Origin: Vicugna vicugna
Taxonomy: Eukaryota
Length of the DNA: 64,000 nt
Assembly (NCBI GenBank): GCA_013265495.1
Contig: MU058654.1
Span: 310,001 to 374,000, forward strand
Reading direction: 5' to 3'
In this document: in pieces, positions 25,568-39,439 of the stretch
Layout: each line of letters opens with the position of its first letter
How positions within the stretch are numbered: position 1 is the stretch's first letter
Translations under genes and position numbers: made by a program
Notes under the pieces: model-generated
What the model was told of the DNA's origin: nothing
The model's database searches: none
What the model saw: the letters and a program-made list of their open reading frames with translations, nothing else

Positions 25568-26030
25568 GCTCTGAGCAGACTGGAGTAAGAGTAAGAGAGA
25601 CTCTCTCGCTGACCTTCAAGAAGCAAACTGCCATGTTTTGAACTATGGGGGAAGTCACATGGCAAAGAACTCTGAGTAGGGGCTGGAGTGAGGGTGGGGG
25701 TTACTAGGAGTAGGGGAGGTCTAGAACCTAAATGAAGCTTCCAGCCTCTTGTCATTAATAAGCAGGGCTCTCAGCCAAACAGCCGCAAGGAAACGGGCTT
25801 TGCTACATGCCTTAATGACCTTCGAGGTGGATTCTATCCTAGTTACGCTTCCAGATGAGAATGAAGCCCAGCCGTCAGCTTGACTGCAGCGTTGTGAGAC
25901 CCTGAACACAGGACCCAGTAAAGTCATGCCCCAAAATCATAAAAATTGAATCATGAAATAATAAGTGTATTGTTTCAAACCCCCAATTTGGTGGTAAGTT
26001 TTTACATAGCAACAGAAAATAATGTCACAG
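25385..26030 (+). mobile_element. MLT1E/F-like LTR with internal (TG)(TA)n microsatellite (25526-25567)
   Basis: gaagcaaactgccatgtt...ccagatgagaatgaagcccagcc...gtgagaccctgaacacaggacccag...acatagcaacagaaaataat. Confidence 0.8.
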
Positions 26031-26479
26031 TACACGTCAGCCCATCCTTAAGTCATAGATCTGAGAAGGAGAATGATTGGCACCCAAGTTGCAAAGATGG
26101 GGATCAAGTACAATAACAGTCCTTTTCTAAGCATAGTACTGAGAACCTAAAGATAATTCTTCATTCTGTGGAAACAAAACAAATCATAAAACCCTTATCA
26201 GTCCTTTAGGAAATGATTCAGAACAAAGGAAAGTGACTGGGAGAAAAAGCAGACCTCTGGAAATAATTTTCTATAACATCAGGACAATAAAGCTCAAGCA
26301 ACTTGTCAGCAACCCTAAATACAATTTAAAAACAAAATGGCTTCTATAAAATGGAGAAGAAATCAAGGCAGAGATGGGAAATCAGGGGAGACAGGTAAAA
26401 TAAGAAAGGATTGCAGGGAAAGCAAGCATGCAAGCACATTAATAACAGCCACGACAGAGCTGCAATGAGCAGAACAAAT

Positions 26480-26740
26480 CCTTCCATTTAGCACATATTT
26501 ATCGAGTATTTTCTATATATTAGGTGCTAGGAAAACACAGAGAATAAAACTTAGAAGGGCCTTGTATTTCTAAAGTGGAAGATAGACGATGAGCAATTAA
26601 GTCAATAAATGAAATAATGACAGTTGTGCTTATAATGAAAAATATGAAAAAGGAGCTACTTTCAATAGGCTGTTCGGGGAGGAGTTATTTAAAGATGAAA
26701 AGAAGCCAGTCATGCAAAGGGCGTGGAAAAGAAGGGAAGA
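26480..26740 (-). mobile_element. L2 3' region, antisense
   Basis: catttagcacatatttatcgagtatttt...taggtgctagg...gaagccagtcatgcaaag. Confidence 0.65.
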
Positions 26741-26749
26741 AATAGATGA

Positions 26750-28835
26750 TGAAACAATAGTGGTTGGATCTTCAATATAATACTGTCAATAACTGATAGA
26801 ACATCTGGTAGAAGAACAACAAGGAAACAGAAGACTTGAACGGCACAATAAAACAACTACATCTGAGACATTAATTCAACGTTCCACTCAACAGCAATAG
26901 TGCCATACACGTTCTTCTCACGTGCACGTGGAACATTCTCTAGGGTGGACCATTGTCCTAAGTAGTTCTTAGTCCTAAGTAGACCTCAGCCAGTTCAAAG
27001 AAATTGAAATTGTACAAAGTTTGTCTCCAGCCACAATGGAATAAACGTGGAAATCCGTAACAGAAGGAAACTTCAGAAATTCCCAAATATCTGGAAATTA
27101 AGTAGCACATTCTTAAATAACCAGTGGGCCAATGAGAAAATCTCAAAGGAAATTAGAAAGTAATTTGAGATAAATGAAAATGAAAACACAACATATAAAA
27201 ACTTACAGGCTATAGCTAAAGCAGTGCTTACGGAAAATTTATAGTTGTAAACACTATAAATAAAAAAGGAGAGAGATTTCAGATGAATAACCTAACTTTC
27301 TACCTTAACAGACTGAAAAAAGAAGAGCAAACTAAACCAAAATGAACATGAAAAAAGAAATATGATAGAATGGGCATAAAGGAAGTAGGGAATAAACAAT
27401 AGAGAAAAATTAATAATACCAAAAGTTGGTTTTTTGATCAACAATATTGACAAACCTTTAGCTAGACTGACCAAGAAAAAGGGAAAAGACTCAGATTACC
27501 AAAATCAAGAGATGAAAGAAAGGCATAACTTCCAACTTGACAGAAATAAAAGGAATTAGAAGGAAATATTATAAACATTATTACTAACACATTAGATAAC
27601 CTAATGAAATAGACAACTTCCTAGAAAGACACAAATGACCAGAACTGATTCAACAAAACCAAAAAATGTCTAAATAGACCAAAGTGAGTTAAAGATTAAG
27701 TTAGTAATTTTTAAGGTTTCCAGAAGAAAGCCTAGGACATATAGTTTTACAATCTTGCCTTGATTCTAAGATCAGGCAAAGATACCACAAGAACAATGTC
27801 CTTTACAAATATAGACACAAAAATCCACAGCAAAAATCTGAGCAAACCAAATCCATCAGTACATAAAGGATTATACATTACGACCAACTGGATTATCCAA
27901 GGAAGATAAAAATAGTTTAACATTTAAAAAAATCAATGTAATAGAACATATTAATAAAAAAGACAAAAACACATGATCATCTCAACAGATGACGTGAAGT
28001 ATTTGACAAAATACACACACATTCATGTTAAAAACTAGAAATAGAAGAAAACTTACTAAGCTTTATACAGAGCATACACAAAAGCCTACAGATAATATCA
28101 CATGTAACGGGGACTGATTAAATTATTTTCCTCTAAGATCAAGGAGAGAAACAACAAGATAAAAATGTCTGCGCTCTTTACTTCTATTCAACATTGTACT
28201 GGAAATCCTAGCCAGAACAATTAGGAAAGAAAAAGAAATCAGAGGCATCCAGATTACAAATAAAGACATAAAAATATCTCTATTCTCAGATGACTTGCTC
28301 TTATATATAACAAATTCTAAGAAATCCAAATGTGCGCACGCACACACACACACTATTAGAACTAAAGAAAACAATTCCTTATTACATTATCATAAAAGTA
28401 TTTGAATAATTAAGAATAAATTTAGCCATATAAGTTTGACTCATACACTGAAAACTACTAAACATTGCTAAAAAGAAATCAAAGAAAAACTTAAATGAAT
28501 GGAAATATACATGGATGCATCTTAAAAATGTTATGGTAAGTAAAAGTTGCCAGTCACCAGAATACATACTCCATGGTTCTATTTATATAAAATATCCAGA
28601 ATAGGCAAATTATAGAGACAAAAAAATTGATTAGTGTTGTCGGAGGCTGGAGAGCGGGGTGATAATGAGTAATTGCTAATCGATATAGTTTCTTTTTGGG
28701 GTAATGAAAATGTTCTAAAATAAAATAATGTCATAGTTCTACAACTTATATAAGTATACTAGAAAACATGAATTGTACACTTTAGAACAGGTTAATTTTA
28801 TAATTGAATGATGTCAATGAGGTTGCTATTTTAAA
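26750..28835 (+). mobile_element. Old L1 (L1MB-like 3'UTR), decayed ORF2 EN-RT with a large internal deletion near 28513
   Basis: EN motifs (ttcttctcacgtgcacgtggaacattctctagggtggacca), RT-region motifs (ctattcaacattgtactggaaatcctagccaga; ctattctcagatgac) and L1MB-type 3'UTR at 28520-28835. Confidence 0.88.
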
Positions 28836-28987
28836 ATGTGCTATGGAGTTTGTTTTATTTTTTCAAGCTGTAGAAGCTGTGTTATATCAAAGTTTATTTC
28901 ACTAAAGCTAGTATTTCCAGGCACAAAATTGTGATTTCATTGTGTCAATTCATCAAGAGGACCTAACATGCCTAAATGATGAAGTTC

Positions 28988-29348
28988 TGTCTTAGTCTGT
29001 TGGGCTGCTATAACAAAATACCATGGACTGGGTAGCTTACAAACAACAGGAATTTCTTTCTCACTGTTCTGGAGGCTAGAAGCCCAAGATAAAGGCACCG
29101 GTAGATTTATTGCCTGTGAGAAGCTACTTCCTGGTTCATAGACAGCCATCTTTTTGTGTGTGTCTTTACGTGGCGAAGTGTCAAGACACCTCTCTGGGAT
29201 ATCTATCAAAAGGACACTAATCCCACTCATAAGAGCTCTGCTCTCATGACCTAATCACCTCCCGAGGGCCCCATCTTCAGATACCATCACACTGGGGATT
29301 AGATTTCAACATATTGATCTGGGGGGACACAAACTTCAGACCATAGCA
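28988..29348 (-). mobile_element. Complete MLT1A0-like solo LTR
   Basis: TG...CA termini: tgtcttagtctgttgggctgctataacaaaatacca ... ggggggacacaaacttcagaccatagca. Confidence 0.9.
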
Positions 29349-29354
29349 TGTACT

Positions 29355-32300
29355 TAAAAAAAGATCTTCAGGATACATGAAGAAAATCTGATAGCACTCC
29401 AAAGAAAAACAGACACATTTACAGCTATTGTCAGAAACCCCAGTACCCCATCTCAATAATTTATAAAACAAGTAAATAAAACATCAGTAATACTAGTGAA
29501 GATTTGAATAACACAATTAACCACCTAGGTCCCATTGATATTTACAGAGCACGCCACCTCAGAACACAGAATACACATTCTTTTCAGACACGCATGGAAC
29601 AGTTACCAAGATATACCATACTCTGCAACATAAAACAAATTTCAATAAATTTTAGAAGATTTAAATCACATAGAATATGTTCTCTGGCCAAAAATGGAAT
29701 TAATTTAGAAATCAATAAGATAAAGATCTCTGGACTATCCCCACATGTTTAGGGAATAAATAACCTACTTCTAAATAACATATGGGTCAAAAAAATCCAA
29801 AAGGAAATAAGAGAATGTTTTTGAACTGAGTGAAAATTAAAACACAATGTATACTAATCTGTGAGTTGTCCTACTGCACTACTTGCAGTTAAATTTACCA
29901 TGCTAAATGCCTCATTTAGACAAGATGAACGATCTCAATCAGTGACCCAGCCCCCACCTTAAGAAACTAGGCAAAGAAGAGCAAACAGAAAAAAAAAAAT
30001 GAAATAATATTGATTAGAATAGAAATCAATGAAATTGAAAATACAGAGACAATAGAGAAGCTATGAAGTCAATTCCTGGTTATTAAGAAAATCAGTAAAT
30101 TGGTAAAACTCTCACCATACTAATCAGTGAAAAGAAAAGGAAAGATACAAGTTACTAAGATCAGGATTGAGAGAACTGACACTTCTACAGATTATACAGT
30201 CATCAAAAAGATAATGCATAGTAAAAAAAAAGTGCTTCATGTGAAAAAATTTGGCAAGTTAGAGAAAATGGAAATTTCCTTTAAAGCCATAAATGATCAA
30301 ATTTCACTCAAGAAGAAATAGATTAACCTAAATAATTTGGTATATATTAAATTAATTATTATAATTATATAAGTATTCTCATAAGATATACTATTGATAT
30401 CTTCACCTGTGAATTCTATCAAACATTTGAGACAGAAAGAATACCAATTCTAGAAAAGTTCTTCTGGAAAACCAGAGAAGTGGAAATTATACTGTGAGGC
30501 CAGAATTACCCTGCTATCAAAATATAACAGAAACTTTACAAGAAAAGAGAACTATAGAATATCCCATATTAATGCAGATGCAAATATTCTAAACAAAATT
30601 TTAGCAAAATTACTGTAACAGTATATTAAAAGGATAATAAATCAAGACCAACTGAGATTTATCCTTGGAATGCAAATTTGGTTTACATTAAAATACCAGT
30701 TTTGGTAACTTATCATATTAATAAGTAAAAATTAAAAATCATGTAATTAACTCAATAGAAACAGAAAAGCATTTGACAAAATTGGACATGCAGCCCTGTC
30801 TATGAGCCCAAAAATCTAATATAACTATGTTATGAGTTTAGCAAACTTCCAGGATGTAAGATTAATGAAAAAATCAGTTATAGGTCTACATTCCAACAAT
30901 GAAAAATAAGAAATTTGAACTTAAAAAAAAAGCATTTACAATATGAAAATATGAAATATAATGAGATAAATCTGGCAAAAGATATACAAGATCTATGCAC
31001 TGAAATTTATAAAATAATACTGGGAGAAATTAAAGACCTAAATAAATGGAAAGATGCAACATATTCATAGTTCAGTAGATGCAGTATTATTAAGTAGTCA
31101 ATTCTCCCCAAATAGTTCTATAGAATAAATGAAAATCCAATCAAACCTCAAGACAATTTATTTTATAATAATTATATATATAAAATATATATATATACAC
31201 AAACTGATTCTAAAATCTACATGGAATTGCAGCAGATCTGGAATAGCCAAAACCACTTCATAAAAGAACAAAGTTGGAGGACTAACACTATCTGGTCCCA
31301 AATTTTATTATGAAGCTATAGTAATGTAGAAAGTGCAATTTTGGTGTCAGAATAGGTAAACAGGTCATGATGTAGAATAGAGAGTCCAGAAATATACAGA
31401 CACATATGCAGCCAACTGATGTTGACAGATACACAAATGCAATTTGTTGGAGATACAATAGTCTTTTCAAAATATGGGGCTGAAACAATTTGATGTCCAT
31501 TTACAAATAAATAATACATTTTGATCTATATCTTGCAGCATGTACAATAATTAACTCAGAATGGATCATAAATAGAGCTATAAGATGTCTAGGAAAAAAC
31601 AAGGGAGAAAATATTTGTGACTTTAGGTTAGGTGCAGATTTCTTTGATATATGTCAAAAGAATGACCTATAAAGGTAAAAATTTGGTAAACTTAATTTCA
31701 TCCAAATTAATAAACTAGGTTCTTTTGAACAAAACGGGAATGAAAGAGAAGTCCCAGATTAGGGAAAAAATATTTGCAAACCACATACTGATAAAGACTT
31801 GTACCCAGAATATATAAAGACTTTTTAAAACTTTATAATAAGAAAACAACCACATTTTTTAAATGAGCATCATATTTGAAAAGATATGCAGATAACAAGA
31901 CAAGAGATGTGGCTCAATGTCAGTAGTCATTAGACAGATGGAAATTGAAACTATAGTAAGAAACCACTTCTATACCTATTAGACTGGCTAAAATTAAGGA
32001 GATTGTCCATTTTAAGTTTTGGCAACGATGTGGAGGATTGGAACTCTGCTACAACACTGATGAGAATGCAACATGGTAGAGTCACTTTGGAGAAACAGTT
32101 TGGCGAGTTCTTCAAATGTTAAACATTGATTTACCATTCGATTCAGCAATTTCGCTTCCTTGATATTTTCCTGAGATAAAGTAAATATGTGTCTATACAA
32201 AGACCTGGAGCAATAGCCAAAAACTGGCAACAACACAAACATTCATCAACAGATAAATAGATAAATGTGGTATGTCCATAAAATGGAGTACTACTGAGCA

Positions 32301-32665
32301 AGAAAATGAACAATTGGTATGCACAGCATGGATTAATCAAAAAAAATTATGCTGAATGAATGAAGTGAGACAAAAAAATAGTTCCTACTATACAATTTCA
32401 CTTATATAAAACTCTAGAAAATATGGACTAATCTGCAGTAACAAAATTAATTGACATTTGCATGGGGGATAGAGATGTGGGAGAGGTGAGAAGAGAGGGA
32501 TTTCGAAGGAGCATGAGCAATCTTTTGGAAGTGATGGATATGTTCATTGTCTCTAGAGTGCAGTGGTTTCACAAATGTATATATAGGTCAAAAATTAACA
32601 AACAATACACCTTAAATAAGTGTAATTTATTGTTTGTCAGTTACTTCTCAATAAAGCTGCTTAAA
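29355..32665 (+). mobile_element. Old L1 (L1MD/L1ME1-like 3'UTR), most of ORF2 decayed
   Basis: ORF 29504-29752 (NNTINHLGPIDIYR...NGINLEINK) matches L1 EN; ORF 30127-30321 (KIQVTKIRIERTDTSTD) matches the post-EN region; 3'UTR ends ctcaataaagctg. Confidence 0.9.
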
Positions 32666-33349
32666 CATCACAAGAATTAGAAATAAATATATAAAATAAT
32701 TCTTCCCTGTCAGAAACAACCTCTACTTTGTAAGATCTCTTAACATGATATGACGTGGAAAATATTATGGGTAGGCTATAAACGTCAAGTAAAGATTCAA
32801 AATAAATCAACTAAAATATTCATGTGATATTGCAGGTGAACTATTTGCTTGTCTTTAATCTTAGAAAAATGTAAGTTATCGACAATGAGAATCAATAACT
32901 TTCCCAATGTAAAAAATAAAATATTATACCACTCCTCCTGACTCAGACAATAAACCCATGGGATTTTGTTTTCCACCATGGAAGCTTTTCACTCCCAAAA
33001 GGCCATGGGAGGTGAAGATAGTTTTAGGAAGATAAATGATGTGCTCAGCCCATAATTGAGAGACATTTTGGTACGCTATTCCTGATTCTCTGAACTCGAA
33101 GCCCTGCCTTGTCTATTGCATACTTAACATGTTACACAGAGGCAGCATAACTTGACTCAGTCAGTGGGCAGCTGGGGCTATCTTATAAATCCTAATTTCC
33201 CCAAATTGAGTATGATAAAAGATGCAAGGACAGCCAGATGGTGACAAAGCAGTGCAGCTGGGGTAAAAAAAAAATTATACAAACAAAAAAAATCACTCCC
33301 TTTCTGCTTTCCTCTATAATTCAGAGAAATCTGGTATCTTAGGAAATAC

Positions 33350-33545
33350 TCAGACTGCAGAAAAAGATCTGGCTTCCATGGGAACTGCTCCAGCCCGGCT
33401 GCACGACTATAGGCTCATCATTTCACCCGTCAGAGCTCTGATTCTCTTGTGAGATGTGGCCACCAACACTCTACTGCAAAGATCAGATGTGGTAGCATCC
33501 GCGAAAGCACTGTTTATCCTGTAAGACACAGGACAAGTTAGTTTA
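33350..33545 (+). mobile_element. Old MIR (MIRc/MIR3-like)
   Basis: agatctggcttc...aagatcagatgtggtagcatccgcgaaagcactg. Confidence 0.5.
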
Positions 33546-35679
33546 CCACGTAGCCACTCTTCTCTAGCAAGCCAGAGCTGAACCTATCACCGTGATGGAG
33601 GCAATAGATTGCAGGAGCAGAGAAAGCAAATACAGACACGTTACTCCTATTGGGAACCCGTAGGTCAGCATTCCTGGCATCCTTTCCTCCGCATCTGACC
33701 GTGAACACCTGCATGCCTCTTGCCTCTCGATCACAAGTTTGTTTTGTTCTCCTTGATGTGCTGCTATGATACCAGCTGTTTGAAAAAGATGCTTCAGGGT
33801 CACAGTTTCCAATGTCACAAGAAGCACTGATTCTTAACCATGAAGTAGAGCTTGATAGGGAAACATTGCATAGAGAACAATGTGATGAATTGTGTCCTCT
33901 TGAAAAAAAAAAAAAGAAACATCTTCTTCCAATGTTGATTAATCCTGTTTCTCTCCACTGTGATCTTGGGGTGATACGAAAGAGAGATGGGAGTTAACAA
34001 ATGACTCAAATGCTTTTAATCCTTCTATGGCCAATAGTAAGGGAGCTGTGGTTTTATGTAAGATGTTGTCTGTGGGGTTTAATCTACCAGTGACAGAGAA
34101 AGCGCCATTAATTTGTATATCCTTTTTGTTAGCGATGAAAGCCTTAAAACTGAAAATAAAATCAATCTTTTGTAGTTAAAGAATCCTCTCCCTGCTCTTC
34201 CAGAGTGTGGGTCACTCTGTTTCTCTATGACCAAATCCCCTGCCTTTCTTTCTCCAAGCCAGTGACTTGCCCATAAAAATTAATATGTGACTGAAACCTG
34301 ACCTGCTCGTGGATTAGAAGCTGAGAGAACATGGGCTTGTTTCTGCAACCTCTGAAATACATTCTTTAGGCAAATCACCCATTCCAAGCAAAGCAAAGCT
34401 GTCTCTGCTGTGAATACTTCCTTTTGCTTTTTCTCAAACAATTGCGATTCCCACACACACACACACAAAATCACATTGAGATAGTTTTGTGAGGGGGTGG
34501 TATTTATCAACATCACAACAGCTTCTAAATAGAAAGAATGACCAAAAAAATTAGATTTTCAGAAATGTGTCGGTTTTTATTCTGTGAGTATAAAAATGCT
34601 ATCACGCATAGCTCTAAAGAGTGAACATATATTTTGTGCATATGCTATACATAGAGGAAAATGTTCTGCATTTCTTATTTTTCCTCCCAATCTCCAGGCG
34701 ATGTGTCCAAGCGCAGTCAAGCGTTCTGGATCTAGGAGAGGAAAGAACAGCATTGCACAAGTGCATCCTGAGTCCTAACGAGAAGCAAGGCGCTGTGTGT
34801 CTGAGACCCGTCCTGCATCCCTTCTCAGAAGGAAGGTCTCCTCCTCAGTGTGCAATTAACAAAGTCCTTCGCAAGCCTGTCTCACTGGCTCAGGTGTGGT
34901 GACTCCAGCCCACACTCAGTTTGCCATTCCTTGTCGCTCCCCTCTGGGCGAAACCTTACATGTGGCAAAAGAAAGGATGGAAATTTGGTTTTAAAAGAAA
35001 TATAAATAAAGCAATGTAGTCTTTCATTGGCCTCCTCTAAGGAGACTTCAGTCCGAGGGAGTATCTGGCATGCTGGGGCATTGCTGTATTTCCACCCTAT
35101 TTTCTTGTTAGTTAGACTGACACTTAAACAGTGTGCATAAAGGCTGAAGTCTCCAGGTATAAACTGAGTGGCTTATAATCCAGGGACCCATGATTGAAGG
35201 TGTATCTCCAGCCCAGTTTTAAAACTCCAGTATAAAAATTATTTCATTTCTAATTTACTATTTATAGACCAAGATAATTAAACGTTCAGCCAAATATAAC
35301 CATCTCTAGAGTATATCGCCGGTAGTGGCTGTTATGCTGGGTAAAGTTTCAGAAAAGTCCCCAAAAGCAAACACCAGGCTCGAGTTACCATTCCAAGGCT
35401 TTCCAAATGGTTTTGAATCACTGGTTGATTTGTTTGGAAACAAACAGAACTTGCTATAGTCTACCTTCAAATGCCTGTGAGAACACAGGGCTGAGGGTTC
35501 ATTGCTGGGAAACTCTAGCAAGGAGAGAAGGAGAGAATTTCTTAACTCAGCTTCCTGTGACCCTGTCACAATTTTGGTCCTTACTCCTGTGTTTGAGTCA
35601 GGATCCCAACACACTACCCAATGGGACAGGAAAGCCATCTCTTCCAACTCTTCCTTTGTCTCTGATCAGAATGTCAACA

Positions 35680-35780
35680 TGCATTCAGCCCATGTGTATT
35701 GCACATCTGTGGCTCAGCGCCCATGCTAGTTCCTGGCGAGATGCAATGACAAAAATGTCTTGCTTGATTCCGGCCAGTAT
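35680..35780 (-). mobile_element. L2 3' fragment
   Basis: cattcagcccatgtgtattgcacatctg...tgctagttcctggcgagatgcaatga. Confidence 0.5.
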
Positions 35781-37914
35781 TTAAGCTAAGTAAGAAAAGA
35801 AATCAATTGCTCACTATATGGTGACCCTTAAAGAAAAGGATGATGTATTATTATGGATGATGTACCATCCTCATGAGCCTGTGAGATGCTTTTCATACGG
35901 CAAAATAGAGGGGGAAAAATCTGGTCTTATGGAATAACAAGATTTGGGGACAACACAGGATTCAGTGTCTGAGGGTTACTGCAATAGAGAATATTTTACA
36001 AGAACCACTGATTGTACTGGCTATTTTCCCCATTCATATAGTGTATGAAGACATGTTCTTCCCACCTTAAAGAGAATTGACTTTTGCCTAAGAAGGGCAG
36101 AAATTCTCTACAGCACTAACATGGAGAAAAAATGTTAAACGCTTAACGTTTCTATTCAAGGCAGAAAGCAGAGCCCTTTACCTTTTTCATTTTTTTTTTT
36201 TTTTGGTTTTGACTTATCTTTCTTCACTTCTTATATAGATCAATAGCACCATTAACATCTTGTAGATCACATTTTAAAATACACCACTACTTTTCTTCAT
36301 TTGATATTTAAGATGGCACCATTTGTGAATTGATAATAAACTGCTGAGATTCACAATATAAGATGAAATTTATGTTAGGGTGATGCCAGTGTGAGCTATA
36401 CTGCAGAGTCATCTTGGAGAAGGGATTCCACAAATAAAATTCTCAGAGGAATAATCTGAAGTAGAAACTCTGTTTAAAAACGCCACTTTTTTTATGCAGT
36501 TCCAAGTCAAATGGCCTTTTCTGTAACATTGGTCAGATAGCCATGATGAACAGGAAAAGCTAGGAAATATTTAAGTTTAGAGAAATATGAATATGTTTCT
36601 AAAATATATGAAGATGGCATTGTAAGGTAAAGAATCTGATTCTGGGGAACAACAGCTATAAAGAATTTTATTGGAATTTTCCAAGAGTTAAAGTATGTTT
36701 TCTTCTTATTTTCTCTCTGGAGACTTTGTAAAACAGAGTTCTAGGGGGGACATGTTTTCATCACTCAAAATCAATTGAAAATAAGTTAAATGAATGGTTT
36801 CTTCTTTAGAAGTGGGACAAAATGTCATAGCCTTGGAGATATTAGTACAGATGAGCATTTTCAGGACCCTTAGTATCTGTTTGGATGCCTTTAAAGAAGG
36901 GAAACACATAATGGGTTAAGGCTCTCGTGTTGTTCCTTATAACTGAGTAAAGTTAAGAGAAGTAAGCTGTATTCTGTTTGTTTCTAACCACTAGGAACAT
37001 AATGTGTCCACCCCTAGGAATGGTGATGTGGAGTGTTATTCATCATCCATGTGACCATATCATAGGTTTGCCTGAATTCAGCAAATTCCAAACATGATGG
37101 GCACGCCTGCCCACAAAGGGAGGAAAGCGGGTTCCTTGCCTGTTGAGAAGCGTCTTCCGTCACAGCCAGCCAACTCCATTCATGAGGAGTTCAGGGAGGA
37201 CCTCTATGCCGACAAGCTCTTCCTCAAAACTTAAAAGACTTTACCACAGTCAACGCTCTCAGAATGCGACCTGTTATTTGTGGAGACCAGATGCCCTAGG
37301 TTAACATCATGAGCTGCAACAGCAATTCATCATCAAGCTCTGGGGACCAGAAAGGAAACCAGCAAATGAACGATTTGCCAGGATGACTTAAGGCCTGACA
37401 TTTAGAAGTTCCTGTTTCCATTGCTCTTTTGATGTGGCTCTTGGCTCTTCCTCTTCTAGAAGAACGCTCTCACATATTCCATCTCAAACTGCTTGCATAT
37501 GGCACTGCACAAAGCCAAAGCTAAAAGATGTTCTATTCAAGATGGCAATTGCTTCTGGGTGATGGACCATTTCTTAAAGACTATCCAGCATGGTCCTTAA
37601 AAAGATGACACTGTTTGTGTGCAGGCAAAGGATCCCAGTTCATCCAGATGGTGAATGACAGCTGTGTCTTCATGATGGAAATATGTGAACAACAGCTGTA
37701 AAGCCACCAAAATATCTAGATATTTGGACTTCCCTAATGATGAAATGGTTCAGAAAATCAATATTTTTTCACACTTATACCTTATAATAAATAAGCCCAA
37801 ATTGAATCTAAGTTTAATCTACAGAAGCTAATGAACCAAAAAATAATAACTTTGTAGCAGGTATTTGGGGACAGAAAAGTCTACCGGCATGGGGATGTCT
37901 TCATACCTTACCTC

Positions 37915-38060
37915 AGAGAATGCCAGAGTGAGGAAGCCTGAGAGGTTATATATCTGAGTCCTTCCATTTCTGAAGCCAGGACTGAAGTCCTTCCATTACT
38001 CCCTGTGACAGAGCTGGTCAGCAGCTGGGCTGGGACTAGCACCCAGACCTTCTGACAGGC
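37915..38060 (-). mobile_element. MIR3-like SINE
   Basis: gaggttatatatctgagtccttccattt...acagagctggtcagcagctgggctgggactagcacccag. Confidence 0.6.
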
Positions 38061-38787
38061 CCTGTGAATCCCTTGCTTCACTCTGCTACCTCCAGGGTGA
38101 GTGTGGCACTTAGCAACCACCCAAGCAACTACGCCCCGGTGTTATTCTGAAAACCCCCAGGCAACAGGTGTTTCAAGGCCATGTCTGCACTATCTAACGC
38201 TGACTCCCCAGGCCTTAGCATAGCACAGGGCAGCCAATCAGTGAAGCTTTGGTCAAATGGAGTTGAATTGAACCTTGGAGAACAGCTTCAACAACCAGTA
38301 ACAACAACAAAACAGCAGTGATAACAGGACACAGTTATGAAATGCCCACTGTGGGCCAGGCATTGCTTACGTACGTGAGCTCGTGTGATATTCATGAGTT
38401 CATGCTAACAGTACCCCCGATGCAATTGCTAGGAGGGGTCCAAACTGTCATGACATGGGAGGGTGTCTCTTATTGCTAAGATCATGGCAGGTGCATTGCA
38501 CAATCACCAGTCTCAATCGCACAAAGGACATTCTTGACCTTGAACCTGACCGCTGCATCCAGGCAGCCAGGCTGGGCACCCTGGGCCAACCTGGCTTGGC
38601 CCGCAGTGGAAGACTGTGCCGCATTTGGAAAGTTACTTTGAGAGAAGCCAGTATTTTGATGATATAAAATTTAAAATATTGTTTAGACAAAGCTGGAAGC
38701 CCTCTAATCTGTGAAAGTCCAGTAGGCCAGTAAGGGGCCCCAGGGAGCCCTGCTGGCCTTGTTGGTTGGCATTTGCAGTTTGATGAT

Positions 38788-39209
38788 TCTTATGAGCGAA
38801 ACATGCGTACCCCTCCCAAATCTATATGCTGAAGCCCTAACACCCATTGTGACTGTATTTGGCTAGGAAGACTCTAGGGAAGGAATTAAGGTTAAATGAG
38901 GTCATGAAGGGTGGGGCCTTTGTCTAGTAGGATGAGTGCCCTTATAAGAGGAGATCCCAGAGAGCTCTCCCTTTCTCTCCCCGTCTTCCCTTTCTCTCTC
39001 TCTGCTTTGGACGCACCCGGAGAAAAGGCCATGTGATGACACACTAAGTAGGCAGCTGTCTACAAGCCAGGAAGAGACTCTCATCAGAACAGAATTTGCC
39101 AGCACCTTGATCTTGGACTTCTCAACCAATGAAACTGTGAGAAGATAAAGGTCTGTTGTTTAAGTCATCCAGTGGTAATGTGCTATGGAGGCCTGAGCTA
39201 ACTATCACA
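38788..39209 (+). mobile_element. MLT1A-like solo LTR
   Basis: cccctcccaaatctatatgctgaagccctaac...aattaaggttaaatgaggtcat...gccagcaccttgatcttggacttc...cctgagctaactatcaca. Confidence 0.88.
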
Positions 39210-39439
39210 AGAGTTTGGCTTGTCATTCCAAGAAGGGACGGAAGAGAAAGGGAGATTCTCCCAGGAGTGTTTCCAAAGCCTGCATCATCATCCTCATACG
39301 CTGTCCAAAGTCACACACAGGCTGGTCTCTCCAGCAAGATCAAGGTGCCCCGACAGGGCAGTCCCCAGCCAGGAAAGGCCAGATCAGGCCTGCATCTCCC
39401 TTCTGGCCCCTCGGCCCTCTCCCACTGCCTCAATCCTTC

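Noticed and set aside
29504..30321. ORFs with recognisable protein similarity as CDS
   Set aside because: They are frameshifted fragments of a dead L1 ORF2.
35838..35867. Short direct repeats (GGATGATGTA x2; similar 10-11-mers at about 16152, 26955 and 41861) as CRISPR-like arrays
   Set aside because: Two-copy slippage duplications in eukaryotic DNA with no array structure.
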